A DNA stretch of 64,000 nt, from positions 16,561 through 80,560 of the forward strand of contig CANQWD010000001.1 of assembly GCA_947627465.1 (NCBI GenBank), written 5' to 3'. Each line of letters begins with the position of its first letter. The stretch's first letter is position 1. Origin of the DNA: an uncultured Clostridia bacterium. GTDB taxonomy: Bacteria; Bacillota; Clostridia; Oscillospirales; Ruminococcaceae. Below are positions 1 through 9,734 of the stretch, one piece after another. The notes below the pieces were generated by a model. It was not told the DNA's origin. It ran no database searches and saw only the letters and a list, made by a program, of their open reading frames with translations. The translations under genes and the position numbers were made by a program.

Positions 1-1
1 T

Positions 2-1510
2 ACTCAGGGGCTTGCGGAGTATATCCTCGAAAACGGCGTTGAGAAAAGCGTCGCGATCGCTTACGACAGCCGCATTAAGTCCACTTATTTCGCTAAATCA
101 GCCGCAGAGGTGCTTGCGGCGAACGGCATTAAGGTGCACATCTATAAGGAGCTTATGCCTACGCCTATGCTTTCTTGGGCGGTAAGATATTTGAAGTGCG
201 GAGCGGGTATCGTGGTTACGGCTTCGCACAATCCCGCTAAGTACAACGGCTATAAGGTTTACGGCGCGGACGGCTGTCAGCTTACTCTTGAAGCGGCGGC
301 TATCGTGCTCGATAAGATCAACCACATTGATATTTTTGAGGGCGTGAAGTCCGTTGACTTCGACAAGGCGGTCGCGGACAGCTCTATCATTTACAACGAC
401 GATAAGGTTATTGACGAGTATCTGGCTAAGGTTAAGGAGCAGGGTCTGCACACCGACCTCGTGGCTTCTTCGGGATTGAAAGTTGTTTACACGCCGCTTA
501 ACGGCACGGGTAACAAGCCCGTTCGCCGTATTTTGAAAGAGATCGGCGTTAAGGACGTGACGGTAGTTCCCGAACAGGAGAACCCCGACGGCAACTTCCC
601 GACCTGTCCGTTCCCGAACCCCGAAATTCGCGAAGCGCTTCAGAAAGGTCTCGACCTTTGCGAAAAGGTTAAGCCCGATCTGCTTCTCGCAACCGACCCC
701 GACTGCGACCGCGTTGGTATCGCGGTGCCCGACGGCGACCACTACGAGCTGTTCACCGGTAACGAGACAGGCGCGCTGCTTCTCGAATATATCTGCAAAG
801 AGCGCATCGCTTTGGGCAAAATGCCGAAAAATCCCGTTGCGGTCAAGACTATCGTAACCTCCGACATCACCAAGGCTATCTGCAAGAAGTACGGCGTGGA
901 GCTTCGCGAGGTATTGACGGGCTTTAAGTTCATCGGTGAGCAGATAGGTCTGCTTGAAAAGGACGGCGAGGAGAACCGCTACATCTTCGGCTTCGAGGAG
1001 AGCTACGGCTATTTGGCGGGCGGCTATGTTCGCGACAAAGACGCTGTCGTGGCTTCTATGCTTATCTGTGAAATGGCGGCGTTCTACCGCACTAAGGGTA
1101 TTACGCTTATCGAGGCGCGTAAAAAGCTCTACGAGGAGTACGGCGTGTACTACAACTGCCTTGAGAACTTCCAGTTCGAGGGCGCGGCGGGTATGCAGAA
1201 GATGAAAGACCTTATGGCGGGTATCCGCGCGAACAAGCTTGATGACATTGGCGGTTTGGACGTTCAGGCGACCACCGACTACACCACCTCCGTTAAGACG
1301 GCGGCGGACGGCACTACAAGCGAGGTTACTTTGCCGAAGTCGGACGTTATCACGTTCAATTTGGCGGACGACGCTTCCGTTATTATCAGACCTTCGGGCA
1401 CGGAGCCGAAAATCAAGGTTTATTACACCACTAAGGGCGCGACGAAAGACGACGCTGTGGCTCTTCAACAGAAAATTTCGGCAGATTTCAAGAAAAAGAT
1501 TGGAGTTTAA
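2..1510 (+). CDS. pgm: Phosphoglucomutase/phosphomannomutase (alpha-D-phosphohexomutase), 5'-truncated by the window
   Basis: Open frame from base 2 (TQGLAEY...AYDSR) continuing into ORF 110..1510; catalytic TASHNP, metal loop DPDCDR, FEESYG, RPSGTEPK motifs. Confidence 0.93.
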   Translation, partial: TQGLAEYILENGVEKSVAIAYDSRIKSTYFAKSAAEVLAANGIKVHIYKELMPTPMLSWAVRYLKCGAGIVVTASHNPAKYNGYKVYGADGCQLTLEAAAIVLDKINHIDIFEGVKSVDFDKAVADSSIIYNDDKVIDEYLAKVKEQGLHTDLVASSGLKVVYTPLNGTGNKPVRRILKEIGVKDVTVVPEQENPDGNFPTCPFPNPEIREALQKGLDLCEKVKPDLLLATDPDCDRVGIAVPDGDHYELFTGNETGALLLEYICKERIALGKMPKNPVAVKTIVTSDITKAICKKYGVELREVLTGFKFIGEQIGLLEKDGEENRYIFGFEESYGYLAGGYVRDKDAVVASMLICEMAAFYRTKGITLIEARKKLYEEYGVYYNCLENFQFEGAAGMQKMKDLMAGIRANKLDDIGGLDVQATTDYTTSVKTAADGTTSEVTLPKSDVITFNLADDASVIIRPSGTEPKIKVYYTTKGATKDDAVALQQKISADFKKKIGV

Positions 1511-1556
1511 GCGTTCGTTTTGTGCAAAATGCTATACAAAAGTTTTGGAAAAGCCC

Positions 1557-1585
1557 TTGACTTTTTCGATAACTTATGGTATAAT
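1557..1585 (+). promoter_or_regulatory. Sigma-A promoter of rpmE
   Basis: TTGACT (1557-62), 17 bp spacer, TG-extended TATAAT (1580-85). Confidence 0.8.
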
Positions 1586-1625
1586 TTTATAGTATGATAT
1601 GCAAAACGGATTGAGGTGACTATAA

Positions 1626-1829
1626 ATGAAAGACGGTATTCATCCCGCATACGAGGCGACTACCATTAAGTGCGCTTGCGGAAACGTTATCGAAACGCGT
1701 TCCACCAAGAAAGACATTAAGGTAGAAATCTGCTCTAAGTGCCACCCGTTCTTCACCGGTAAGCAGAAGCTGGTTGACAGCGGCGGACGTGTTGACAGAT
1801 TTAAGAAGCGTTACAATTTGGGCAAGTAA
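1626..1829 (+). CDS. rpmE: 50S ribosomal protein L31 (Zn-binding type)
   Basis: MKDGIHP, CACG...[10 protein letters not shown] motifs; GAGGTG RBS. Confidence 0.97.
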   Translation: MKDGIHPAYEATTIKCACGNVIETRSTKKDIKVEICSKCHPFFTGKQKLVDSGGRVDRFKKRYNLGK

Positions 1830-1859
1830 CCCTTTGTGCGTTTTATGTTCTCTAAGATC

Positions 1860-1893
1860 AAACTCACGCATAACTTTTGTGCGTGAGTTTTTC
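1860..1893 (+). terminator. Intrinsic terminator after rpmE
   Basis: AAAACTCACGCA / TGCGTGAGTTTT inverted repeat followed by a T-run. Confidence 0.8.
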
Positions 1894-1920
1894 TTATTAA
1901 ATTGAAAGTTGGAACTCAAA

Positions 1921-3297
1921 ATGCCAAAAAGCAAATCGGTTTTTATTTGCCGCGAGTGCGGCGCGGAATATTCAAAATGGAACGGAAAATGCACTGCCTG
2001 CGGCGCGTGGAACACCTTGGAGGAGACCGTTCCGGTAACGGTGGGCACAGGCAAAGCCGCGCCGATAGGCTCGTTTAAATATTCACGGATAAGCGAGATA
2101 AGCTACGATGACGAAACGCGCTACGACACGGGAATTTCCGAGCTTGACAGGGTTCTCGGCGGCGGTTTGGTGAAAGGCTCGCTTGTTTTGATTGGCGGCG
2201 ACCCGGGAATAGGGAAGTCCACGCTGCTGCTGCAAATATGCGGATTTATGGGTAAAGATCACACGATATTTTATGTCTCGGGCGAGGAGAGTGAACGCCA
2301 GATAAAGCTTCGCGCGGAGCGGCTGGGCGTGGCTTCGGAAAACCTTTTTTTAGCGTCGAACAACAACTGCGAAAGCATTATCAGAGCCGTTTGTGAAAAC
2401 AAGCCCGAGATCGTTATCATTGACTCCATACAGACGATAACTTCAAGCGCCCTGACTTCAACGGCGGGAAGTATCGTTCAAGTTCGCGAGTGCACGGGCG
2501 CGTTTATGCGAATGGCGAAGTCCGAGGAGATACCCGTGTTTATCGTGAGCCACGTCAACAAGGACGGCGGTATCGCGGGTCCGAAAATAATGGAGCATAT
2601 CGTTGATACCGTGCTGTATTTTGAGGGCGAAAAACAGTTGGCTTACCGTATTCTCCGCGCGATAAAGAACCGTTTCGGCTCTACTAATGAGATAGGCGTG
2701 TTTAGAATGGACGACGACGGACTCACCGAAGTCGAAAACCCGAGTGAAATGATGCTGTCGGGCAGGCTTAAAAACGTTTCGGGAAGCGCGGTGGTGTGCG
2801 CTATGGAGGGCACTCGTCCGATACTCGCCGAGGTTCAGGCGCTTGTTACCAAATCAAGCTTCACAAGTCCTCGCCGCGTGGCTACGGGATTTGACTACAA
2901 CAGGCTTTATATGATACTCGCGGTTTTGGAGAAGCGCTGCGGGTTCGCGTTCGGGGGACTGGATGTTTACGTGAATATTGTCGGCGGCTTGAAGATCGAC
3001 GAGCCTGCCGCAGATCTCGCGGTTGCTATGGCTCTGTGGTCGGGACTGTGCGACAAGGCAATCCCCGAGGACTTGCTTGTATTCGGCGAAGTCGGCTTGG
3101 GCGGAGAGATACGCTCGGTGAGCCGCGTTCACGAGCGCGTTAAAGAGGGAGCGCGGCTCGGCTTTACGAAATGCGTTATCCCGAAGCACTCGTTCAGAGA
3201 GCTTTCCAAAACCGATAATTACGGCATTAAGATAATCGGCGCGGACACCCTTTCGGGCGCGTTTAAGGCAATCGGGGCAGGGGATAATTTAAAATGA
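1921..3297 (+). CDS. radA: DNA repair protein RadA/Sms
   Basis: N-terminal CxxC..CxxC zinc finger, GGDPGIGKST Walker A, KNRFG motif, Lon-like C-terminus; ATG 1921 preferred over TTG 1909. Confidence 0.96.
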   Translation: MPKSKSVFICRECGAEYSKWNGKCTACGAWNTLEETVPVTVGTGKAAPIGSFKYSRISEISYDDETRYDTGISELDRVLGGGLVKGSLVLIGGDPGIGKSTLLLQICGFMGKDHTIFYVSGEESERQIKLRAERLGVASENLFLASNNNCESIIRAVCENKPEIVIIDSIQTITSSALTSTAGSIVQVRECTGAFMRMAKSEEIPVFIVSHVNKDGGIAGPKIMEHIVDTVLYFEGEKQLAYRILRAIKNRFGSTNEIGVFRMDDDGLTEVENPSEMMLSGRLKNVSGSAVVCAMEGTRPILAEVQALVTKSSFTSPRRVATGFDYNRLYMILAVLEKRCGFAFGGLDVYVNIVGGLKIDEPAADLAVAMALWSGLCDKAIPEDLLVFGEVGLGGEIRSVSRVHERVKEGARLGFTKCVIPKHSFRELSKTDNYGIKIIGADTLSGAFKAIGAGDNLK

Positions 3298-3656
3298 AAA
3301 AAAGACTTATCTGCGCGGGAATTTCTGTCGGCGTTTTGGGAATTGAGACGCTTATCGCGCTGTTTGTTCACGATAATTTTATACGTCCCTATTTCGGGGA
3401 CGTTCTTGCTGTTGTGTGCGTGTATTTTTTCGCGCGGATATTTCTCCCGGAAAAGCCGCATTATCTTTCGGCTTGGGTGACGGCGTTCGCGTTCTGCGTG
3501 GAGCTTATTCAGCTCTCGCCGCTGTCCGAAATTCTTCCGAAGCCGCTTAACATAATAGTCGGAGGAACGTTCGATTTTAAAGATCTCGCGTGCTATTTTG
3601 TCGGGGGGGCGGGGTGCTTTTGGATAGATAGAAAGTTTTTTCACAAATATACTTGA
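3294..3656 (+). CDS. Small membrane protein, DUF2809-like
   Basis: FIRPYFGDVL and GGTFDFKDL motifs, hydrophobic helices; start overlaps the radA stop. Confidence 0.75.
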   Translation: MKKRLICAGISVGVLGIETLIALFVHDNFIRPYFGDVLAVVCVYFFARIFLPEKPHYLSAWVTAFAFCVELIQLSPLSEILPKPLNIIVGGTFDFKDLACYFVGGAGCFWIDRKFFHKYT

Positions 3657-3984
3657 TGTGAATATTACCAAATTTTGATTTGGCGGTTTGTATAAATCTA
3701 CAAAAAATTCTACTCTATAAATGTTTTTTTGTAAAAAGATATACACTTATTAGAAAAAAGATGTATAATATTTTTGAGAAATGTTTTTGATACGGCTGTT
3801 TATTTGTTTGCCCTACCGCGGGGGGATACAGAGTTTTTTACAGTTTGTATTAAGAAACGGAATTCTCAATAAAAATGAAAAGAGGGATAAATATTTTTTT
3901 AACGGCGCAGCAAAATGTTTTATATGGTAATTATTTATTGAAGTGCGGGAATTAACTTTTCCGCGAAATTCGGGGGGTATTTTT

Positions 3985-4851
3985 ATGAGCAAATTTTTAA
4001 AAAGAATTACGGCGGCGATTTTGTCAACGGCATTGATTACATTGCCATCTATGACAACTTCGGGCGCGGAAGCGAACGTGGAGAGTGGTTATCCAAGTTC
4101 AATTTTATCGGTAAGGGCTGAATATGTCGATGAATATCCAAACGACGTCGAGTTGATTGACAACGTTATTGAGGATATTTTCGACGATCCGCAATTTACC
4201 GCGATTTATGACTGTGACGAGGAAGAAGCTGCCGACACATTAAGGGATGCTTTGGACAGATCAATACAGTCCGAATGCGGCATACAACCGCAATCTTATG
4301 TGGGGACTTACGCAAGCAGCAAATATTACGTACCTGTGGTTAAACAAAAGACAAACTATTACTGCGGTCCCGCGTCAATTATTGAGGCTTTGGTTGGAAA
4401 CGGGATATTGGACGATGAAAATTCCGTAACACAAGGAACGATAGCGGCAAAGGCGGGAACTACTTCTAACGGTACATACGTTTATAAGGTAAGAGATGTG
4501 CTTAACTCATATTATAGCAGCTCTCCGTATGAGTACAAATACGTTTCACATTACACTTCCAAAGACAGCGTGTATTTGTTGGTCGACAGCTTAGCCAATG
4601 ATTTTGTGCCCGTTGTGCTGTTTAGTAATACATCTAAACTGGGCTATTATAATGGAAAAGCATATAGTCACTATGTCGCTGTGGAATATGTTGATCTTAA
4701 CGCGAAAAAAATAGGGATCGTTGACCCAAATTATATTTCGCCTTACGGTGGAGAACATGAGGTTTCTTTTGACAGTTTTTCAAAGGCTTTAGACAGCGAG
4801 GGGTGGATAATTTCTTTCAGCCCACCCGATAAACCCAATGAAGATAAGTGA
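3985..4851 (+). CDS. Secreted C39-like (papain-fold) cysteine peptidase with an acidic pro-region
   Basis: Signal peptide (MSKFLKRITAAILSTALITL), VPVVKQ..YYCGPAS catalytic Cys, SHYVAV His, IVDPN Asp; ATG 3985 follows a G-rich RBS. Confidence 0.7.
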   Translation: MSKFLKRITAAILSTALITLPSMTTSGAEANVESGYPSSILSVRAEYVDEYPNDVELIDNVIEDIFDDPQFTAIYDCDEEEAADTLRDALDRSIQSECGIQPQSYVGTYASSKYYVPVVKQKTNYYCGPASIIEALVGNGILDDENSVTQGTIAAKAGTTSNGTYVYKVRDVLNSYYSSSPYEYKYVSHYTSKDSVYLLVDSLANDFVPVVLFSNTSKLGYYNGKAYSHYVAVEYVDLNAKKIGIVDPNYISPYGGEHEVSFDSFSKALDSEGWIISFSPPDKPNEDK

Positions 4852-4892
4852 AAAAATTGCAAATTTGACTATCATGAAAGGACACTTCAGCA

Positions 4893-5876
4893 ATGAAAAT
4901 CTCCAAAAAAGTTTTACTTTTATTACTCACACTAGCTCTTTTGAACCTTACTGCCTGCAAAAATGAGAATACCGAAAGCACAAGCGGTTCGGACAGCACA
5001 TCGACATCGGTCGGCGACGTTTCGAGCGAAACAAGCATATCCGTTCCCGAAAACAGTTCAAACGGAATTGTGGGAGTGGAATCGCTTGAAACTTCCGGCG
5101 GCTCGGACAGCGAAACAACGGAATCCGCAGACGCTTCGAGCGTCACGGAAGTTTCCGTTCCCGAAAGCAGTTCACACCTTATATCAGAAGTGGTACCCTC
5201 CGAAACGGAAAGCGGCGACAACGAACAAGCGCCCGTGAACGAACAAGCGCCATTGAAAGAAGAGGTATACAAGGGTTTTCCGAATGAGACGAAATTCGAG
5301 GAACCGAGGATTGGCGGAAATACCGTACTCAAATCGGTTTCCGATTACGGAGTGACCGCGTCTGTTGTTCTTATGTGTATAGGTGAATTTCCGGAAGAAA
5401 GCAATGATGGTATGTGGGCAGCCGACGGCGTGTATATCGTAATTCGGGACAGCAGCGGCAAAACCGCTTATGAAAGATTTCTGAACGGAATGGTAGGCGG
5501 CGATGGTCCGGTAGACCATGATCGCTGCAACCCACATTCTCATCATCTTAACCCCGGATGTGTAACCGGAAACTCTACGAGGCTGTTTGAGGTGGAGCAG
5601 AACGGAAAAAAACACGTCATTTTAATGCAGTACATCAATATCAACAATGGCTTAGATGTGATGTTTTACGACTGCGACCTTAAGGATTATCCCGCTTTTT
5701 CCGACGGTTCCGATATTACGGACAATGTTTTGGGATACTCTTATTTTGTGAATATTCCGCACAACTTTTCCGGCAGCTTTGAGTTTGTCGAGGGCACAAC
5801 GTTTAAAGACCCCGTATCGGGTTACAACTATGTCTTTGACTGCGAAAAGCGTGAAATAAAGCTTGAAAAAACTTAA
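4893..5876 (+). CDS. Hypothetical lipoprotein with a Ser/Thr/Glu-rich linker
   Basis: Lipobox LTAC, low-complexity S/T/E region, globular C-terminal domain; 18-bp duplication encoding NEQAPV-NEQAPL. Confidence 0.7.
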   Translation: MKISKKVLLLLLTLALLNLTACKNENTESTSGSDSTSTSVGDVSSETSISVPENSSNGIVGVESLETSGGSDSETTESADASSVTEVSVPESSSHLISEVVPSETESGDNEQAPVNEQAPLKEEVYKGFPNETKFEEPRIGGNTVLKSVSDYGVTASVVLMCIGEFPEESNDGMWAADGVYIVIRDSSGKTAYERFLNGMVGGDGPVDHDRCNPHSHHLNPGCVTGNSTRLFEVEQNGKKHVILMQYININNGLDVMFYDCDLKDYPAFSDGSDITDNVLGYSYFVNIPHNFSGSFEFVEGTTFKDPVSGYNYVFDCEKREIKLEKT

Positions 5877-5894
5877 CCACCGAAGCTTGTATAC

Positions 5895-5924
5895 AAAAAA
5901 ATCCCCCGATCATATCGGGGGATT
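5895..5924. terminator. Terminator hairpin between convergent genes
   Basis: AATCCCCCGAT-CAT-ATCGGGGGATT hairpin preceded by an A-run. Confidence 0.75.
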
Positions 5925-5952
5925 ATAATTTGGAGAGCTGTTTTTACAGCAA

Positions 5953-6654
5953 TTACAAATGAGTCTCTGTAAGCGAATTTTCGGTCAGCGCTTTGTGTTC
6001 CGCGATTTCATTTTCCATTTCCCTTTGAGCGCGTTCTTCCTCGAGCTTTTCAAATATCTTGAGGATAAACGAGCCGTGCACATAGCATAAAAGCGCGGGC
6101 GCTAACAGCAATCCGATAAACATCGTGGTGTAATTCCACATTACAACAAACATTATCGCAATCGTTATTGCGAATAGTATAAGCGTTCTTCCGATAAAGC
6201 GCAATCCTATAAAGATACCGTTTTTTACCGTCTGAACGGGGGTGTTTTCGTATCTCGCGGCGCACGCGAAAACGTAAGTCACCGCGATAAGAAATACCGC
6301 TGCCGCCACAAGCGTCAAAACCGAGAAATAGTCCGCCGCGCCTTTCACGCTTGCCATTCCGAAAAAGTAAAGGTATATCATATACGCTATCGCAAGTCCG
6401 AACGGCAGCAGGATAAGCCACGACAGGGTAGCTTGACGGAAGTTGCTCTTAAAAGCGGAGAAGAACTGCCTGCATATATGCCCGTCCTCGTCTTTGAGCA
6501 TTTTAAAGCACACCGAATACAGCGCCGTCGTTGAAGCTCCGAGAGTTACTATCGGAATGCTGCACAACAGCCAGCACAATGACAGTAATACCATATTCGT
6601 GAATTTTGTGATCGCCTGATAAACAGGACCGTCAACTTTAAAAAGACCTTTCAT
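5953..6654 (-). CDS. YesL/DUF624-family membrane protein associated with sugar ABC transporters
   Basis: WLLCSIPIVTLGASTTALY and FFSAFKSNF motifs; ATG 6654 has a GAAAGG RBS. Confidence 0.85.
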   Translation of the reverse strand: MKGLFKVDGPVYQAITKFTNMVLLSLCWLLCSIPIVTLGASTTALYSVCFKMLKDEDGHICRQFFSAFKSNFRQATLSWLILLPFGLAIAYMIYLYFFGMASVKGAADYFSVLTLVAAAVFLIAVTYVFACAARYENTPVQTVKNGIFIGLRFIGRTLILFAITIAIMFVVMWNYTTMFIGLLLAPALLCYVHGSFILKIFEKLEEERAQREMENEIAEHKALTENSLTETHL

Positions 6655-6685
6655 AGCATTTTCCTTTCTCCGCTTTGGTTGCACA

Positions 6686-6718
6686 AATAGGAGAGCGTTT
6701 CTTCTGCTCTCCTATTTG
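6686..6718 (-). terminator. Stem-loop 3' of the solute-binding protein gene
   Basis: AAATAGGAGAGC / GCTCTCCTATTT perfect 12-bp stem. Confidence 0.7.
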
Positions 6719-6798
6719 CATTACTACACTATTTTTAAGGGAGGGGTAATCATTAATTTTTACTTCGCTTTTGAAAAAGGGGAAACGTACTGTTTAAA

Positions 6799-8688
6799 TC
6801 AGATGCCTGCCTTTTCTTTAGCGCGCTTGGTAGCTTCCGCTCTGCGTGCGGCTTCGCTCTTGTAGAACTCTTCGAGCTGATCGGAGCCGTACTCCTTGCA
6901 CTTATCCTGCATATCCTTGATGATCGAATCAAACTCTGCATCGTCCTTAGCGAAGATTGACTTGTAGCTTGCCGTCTTGAGGTAATTGCAAACGTTCGTC
7001 TTAATGCCCTCAAGTTCAGTAGAAAGCTCAGTCCAGCTGAAGTCGGTAGCCCAACAGCGAGTATATGTTCTCTGATCAAAGTACTCGTCGAACTTATCCG
7101 TAGCCTTTGCCCAAGAAGCCCAATCCTTGAATACATCATAATTAAGGTTTACGTTCAAGGTGTCCCAACGTTCCCAGTTGAATGTTTCGCCGTTATCGGG
7201 ATCTTTAGCGTCCTTTGCAAGGGTAGTGTTGTTGATCTTGCACTCGCCGTCTTCAAAGCTCTTGTCAATACCGTCAAATTTGGTATCTTTCTTATTGGAC
7301 TGCGCTGTCTGACCTACTTCGGTAAGAGTGGGTTTGCCGTCTTTGTAGTACCAGCCCGCGTCCTTGCTCTCGCCATCGCCCTTAGGACCGTAGTTCATAG
7401 TAAGTACGCCTTCGGGAGTGGAGAGCCAGTTGATGATAGCCATGCAAAGCTCAGGATGCTGAGTCTTGGAGCCTATCGACCACAATCTCTCACGTCCGTA
7501 AGGTGCGAGCATATAAACGATATTCGACATATCGTTTGCTGCTACGGGGTACATCGCTTTTCCTGCCTCAAGGTGCTCGGTCGTGTTATACATTTTGGGC
7601 GTCATCCAACCGAACTGGTTGAAGAAAATCGCGCCGTCGAGAGACTTAGCCGTCAAATCGGGATAGGTCTGCGTTGCGGAGTCGGGATCGAGCAAGCCCT
7701 CTTGGTTGAGTTTGTTATACCACTTAAGAGCCTTGATGTACTGACCGTCGGAATCGAGCGCACTCTCCCAAGTGTCGTCGTTGCAGTTGTAAAGACCAAC
7801 GCCGAACTCGTCGTAGCCGTAAAGACCCGAAATAGCCTTGACCATCATAACCATATCGCCGTCCCAATCGGGGAAGAGCGAAACACCGTAAGTCTTTTTG
7901 CCGCTGTCGCTTGTCGGGCAGTCTTTCTGCATTTGCTTCAAAACGGGGATATAATCGTCGAGAGTCTTGATCTCGGGAGAACCCTGAGCCTTGTACAGAT
8001 CCCAACGAATACCGGGCCAATATTTAAATTCTTCCTTATCGTCGTAAGTATAAGCTATATCGTGACCGAAACCGTGGATCTTGCCGTCGGACTCTGTGAT
8101 GTTCTTTGCGGTCTCAAGTGCCGTTTGGAAATTGTTCCATACGTAAGGAGCGTAGTCCTTGCCGATGTCCTCATCTTCCCAGTCCCAAAGCAGATTTGCC
8201 TTAGCAGCCTTGCCGTAGTCTCCCGTGCCGCCGAATACTATGATATCGCCGAGGTTGCCGGCTTCCATTCTGGTATTGAACGCTTCGGCAGTACCGGAAA
8301 TGATGTTCAGCTTTACGTTGAACTTATCGAGCATTACCTTTGCGAACCAACCTTCCTGTTCGCCTTGGTAGTTTGCTGTCTCACTGAATACGTCGAGAGT
8401 AACGGTTTCTTTAGGGATAATGTCCGCGAGGTCTTCAGCTTCCTTGGGACCGTCGTAAGTTTCGGGAGTTGATGTGTCTCCGGAGGTTGCCGCTTCGGAA
8501 TTGTCGCCGGACGCAGCTTCGGAAGATCCTGCTCCAGAGGACGCCTCAGTCTTGGACGCTTCGGAACCTGCGCCGGAATCAGCGGGTGCTGATGTGCTGC
8601 TTGTTTCCTTTTCGCCGCAAGCAGCAAGCGAGAACGTCATCGTTGCCGCAAGAATTGCCGCAGCGATCCTTTTAGTTGTCTTTACCAT
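6799..8688 (-). CDS. ABC transporter oligosaccharide-binding lipoprotein
   Basis: Lipobox LAAC, Ser/Ala-rich linker, 629 aa; directly downstream of two sugar permeases. Confidence 0.88.
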   Translation of the reverse strand: MVKTTKRIAAAILAATMTFSLAACGEKETSSTSAPADSGAGSEASKTEASSGAGSSEAASGDNSEAATSGDTSTPETYDGPKEAEDLADIIPKETVTLDVFSETANYQGEQEGWFAKVMLDKFNVKLNIISGTAEAFNTRMEAGNLGDIIVFGGTGDYGKAAKANLLWDWEDEDIGKDYAPYVWNNFQTALETAKNITESDGKIHGFGHDIAYTYDDKEEFKYWPGIRWDLYKAQGSPEIKTLDDYIPVLKQMQKDCPTSDSGKKTYGVSLFPDWDGDMVMMVKAISGLYGYDEFGVGLYNCNDDTWESALDSDGQYIKALKWYNKLNQEGLLDPDSATQTYPDLTAKSLDGAIFFNQFGWMTPKMYNTTEHLEAGKAMYPVAANDMSNIVYMLAPYGRERLWSIGSKTQHPELCMAIINWLSTPEGVLTMNYGPKGDGESKDAGWYYKDGKPTLTEVGQTAQSNKKDTKFDGIDKSFEDGECKINNTTLAKDAKDPDNGETFNWERWDTLNVNLNYDVFKDWASWAKATDKFDEYFDQRTYTRCWATDFSWTELSTELEGIKTNVCNYLKTASYKSIFAKDDAEFDSIIKDMQDKCKEYGSDQLEEFYKSEAARRAEATKRAKEKAGI

Positions 8689-8798
8689 AATAACACTCCT
8701 TAATAAAATTAAAAATGTAACATTTGAGCCGTTCCGTTTGGAAGCGGCAGTTTTATTTCCGCGGTTTGACCCGCCGGATCACAAATTTTTACATATAC

Positions 8799-9722
8799 TC
8801 AACCCTTTACGGCGCCGAGCATAATGCCTTTTTCAAAGTACTTCGACATAAACGGATAAACTATCAATATCGGAATTACCGTTACCATAGCGACCGTGAA
8901 TTTTATCGGACGCATATTCATCGAAGCCTGCGCCAACGTTTCCTCCGAGCCGCCCGAAAGCATTGCTGCTAGGTTCGTTGACTCGTTCATGTACGTGTAC
9001 AAACGGTGCTGCAAGGTTTGGAGCTTCGCGTTGCCTGTCATCAAGATCAATGAGTCGGTGAACGAGTTCCAATGTCCTACCGCGCCGAATATTGCGATCG
9101 TTGCCAAAATCGGCTTGGAAAGCGGGAAGATTATCTTGCGGAATATCGTGAAATATCCCGCGCCGTCTATCGACGCGCTTTCCTCAAGCTCTCCGGGTAT
9201 CGATTCTATGTAGGTCTTTACAAGAATGATGTTGTACGGAGAAATTATGCCGGGGATTATGTAAGCGAGGAAGTTGTTTGTAAGTCCCAACATCGACATA
9301 TTCATATACCACGGAATTATGCCCGCGTTAAAATACATCGTGATAACTAAAAATCTGTACCAGAACTTGCGTCCCCACATTTCCTCTTTGGTTACAAGAT
9401 AACCTACGAGCGCGCTTGCGAGTACCATCAATATCGTACCGATAACGGTTCGCGCTATAGAAACAATGAACGCCGTGCCCAGTCCGTTTATCTTGGTGAT
9501 GTTCGCGTAATTGTCGAGGTGAAAGCCCTGCGGCCAAAGCGAAATTACGCCTCTGCCAACAAGCTCGTTGTCGCTTATCGTGTTGATAAACAGATAATAG
9601 AACGGGAACGCGCATATCAGCGAAAACAGTATAAATACCGTATAGTTGATGATATTGAATGTTATGTCGCCGGGGGATAAGCGCATTTTATGCTTTTCGG
9701 TCTTATTAACTTTTTCAGCCAT
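8799..9722 (-). CDS. Carbohydrate ABC transporter permease
   Basis: EAA-loop ELEESASIDGAG, multiple TM helices, GAVKG C-terminus. Confidence 0.93.
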   Translation of the reverse strand: MAEKVNKTEKHKMRLSPGDITFNIINYTVFILFSLICAFPFYYLFINTISDNELVGRGVISLWPQGFHLDNYANITKINGLGTAFIVSIARTVIGTILMVLASALVGYLVTKEEMWGRKFWYRFLVITMYFNAGIIPWYMNMSMLGLTNNFLAYIIPGIISPYNIILVKTYIESIPGELEESASIDGAGYFTIFRKIIFPLSKPILATIAIFGAVGHWNSFTDSLILMTGNAKLQTLQHRLYTYMNESTNLAAMLSGGSEETLAQASMNMRPIKFTVAMVTVIPILIVYPFMSKYFEKGIMLGAVKG

Positions 9723-9734
9723 ATTTATCCCTCC

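Noticed and set aside
98-1468. 456-aa antisense ORF, and similar long shadow ORFs (7456..8472, 20653..21513, 25676..26671, 27130..28014, 45581..46501, 51127..51918)
   Set aside because: They lie fully opposite well-supported genes, show no motifs, and are expected from codon bias
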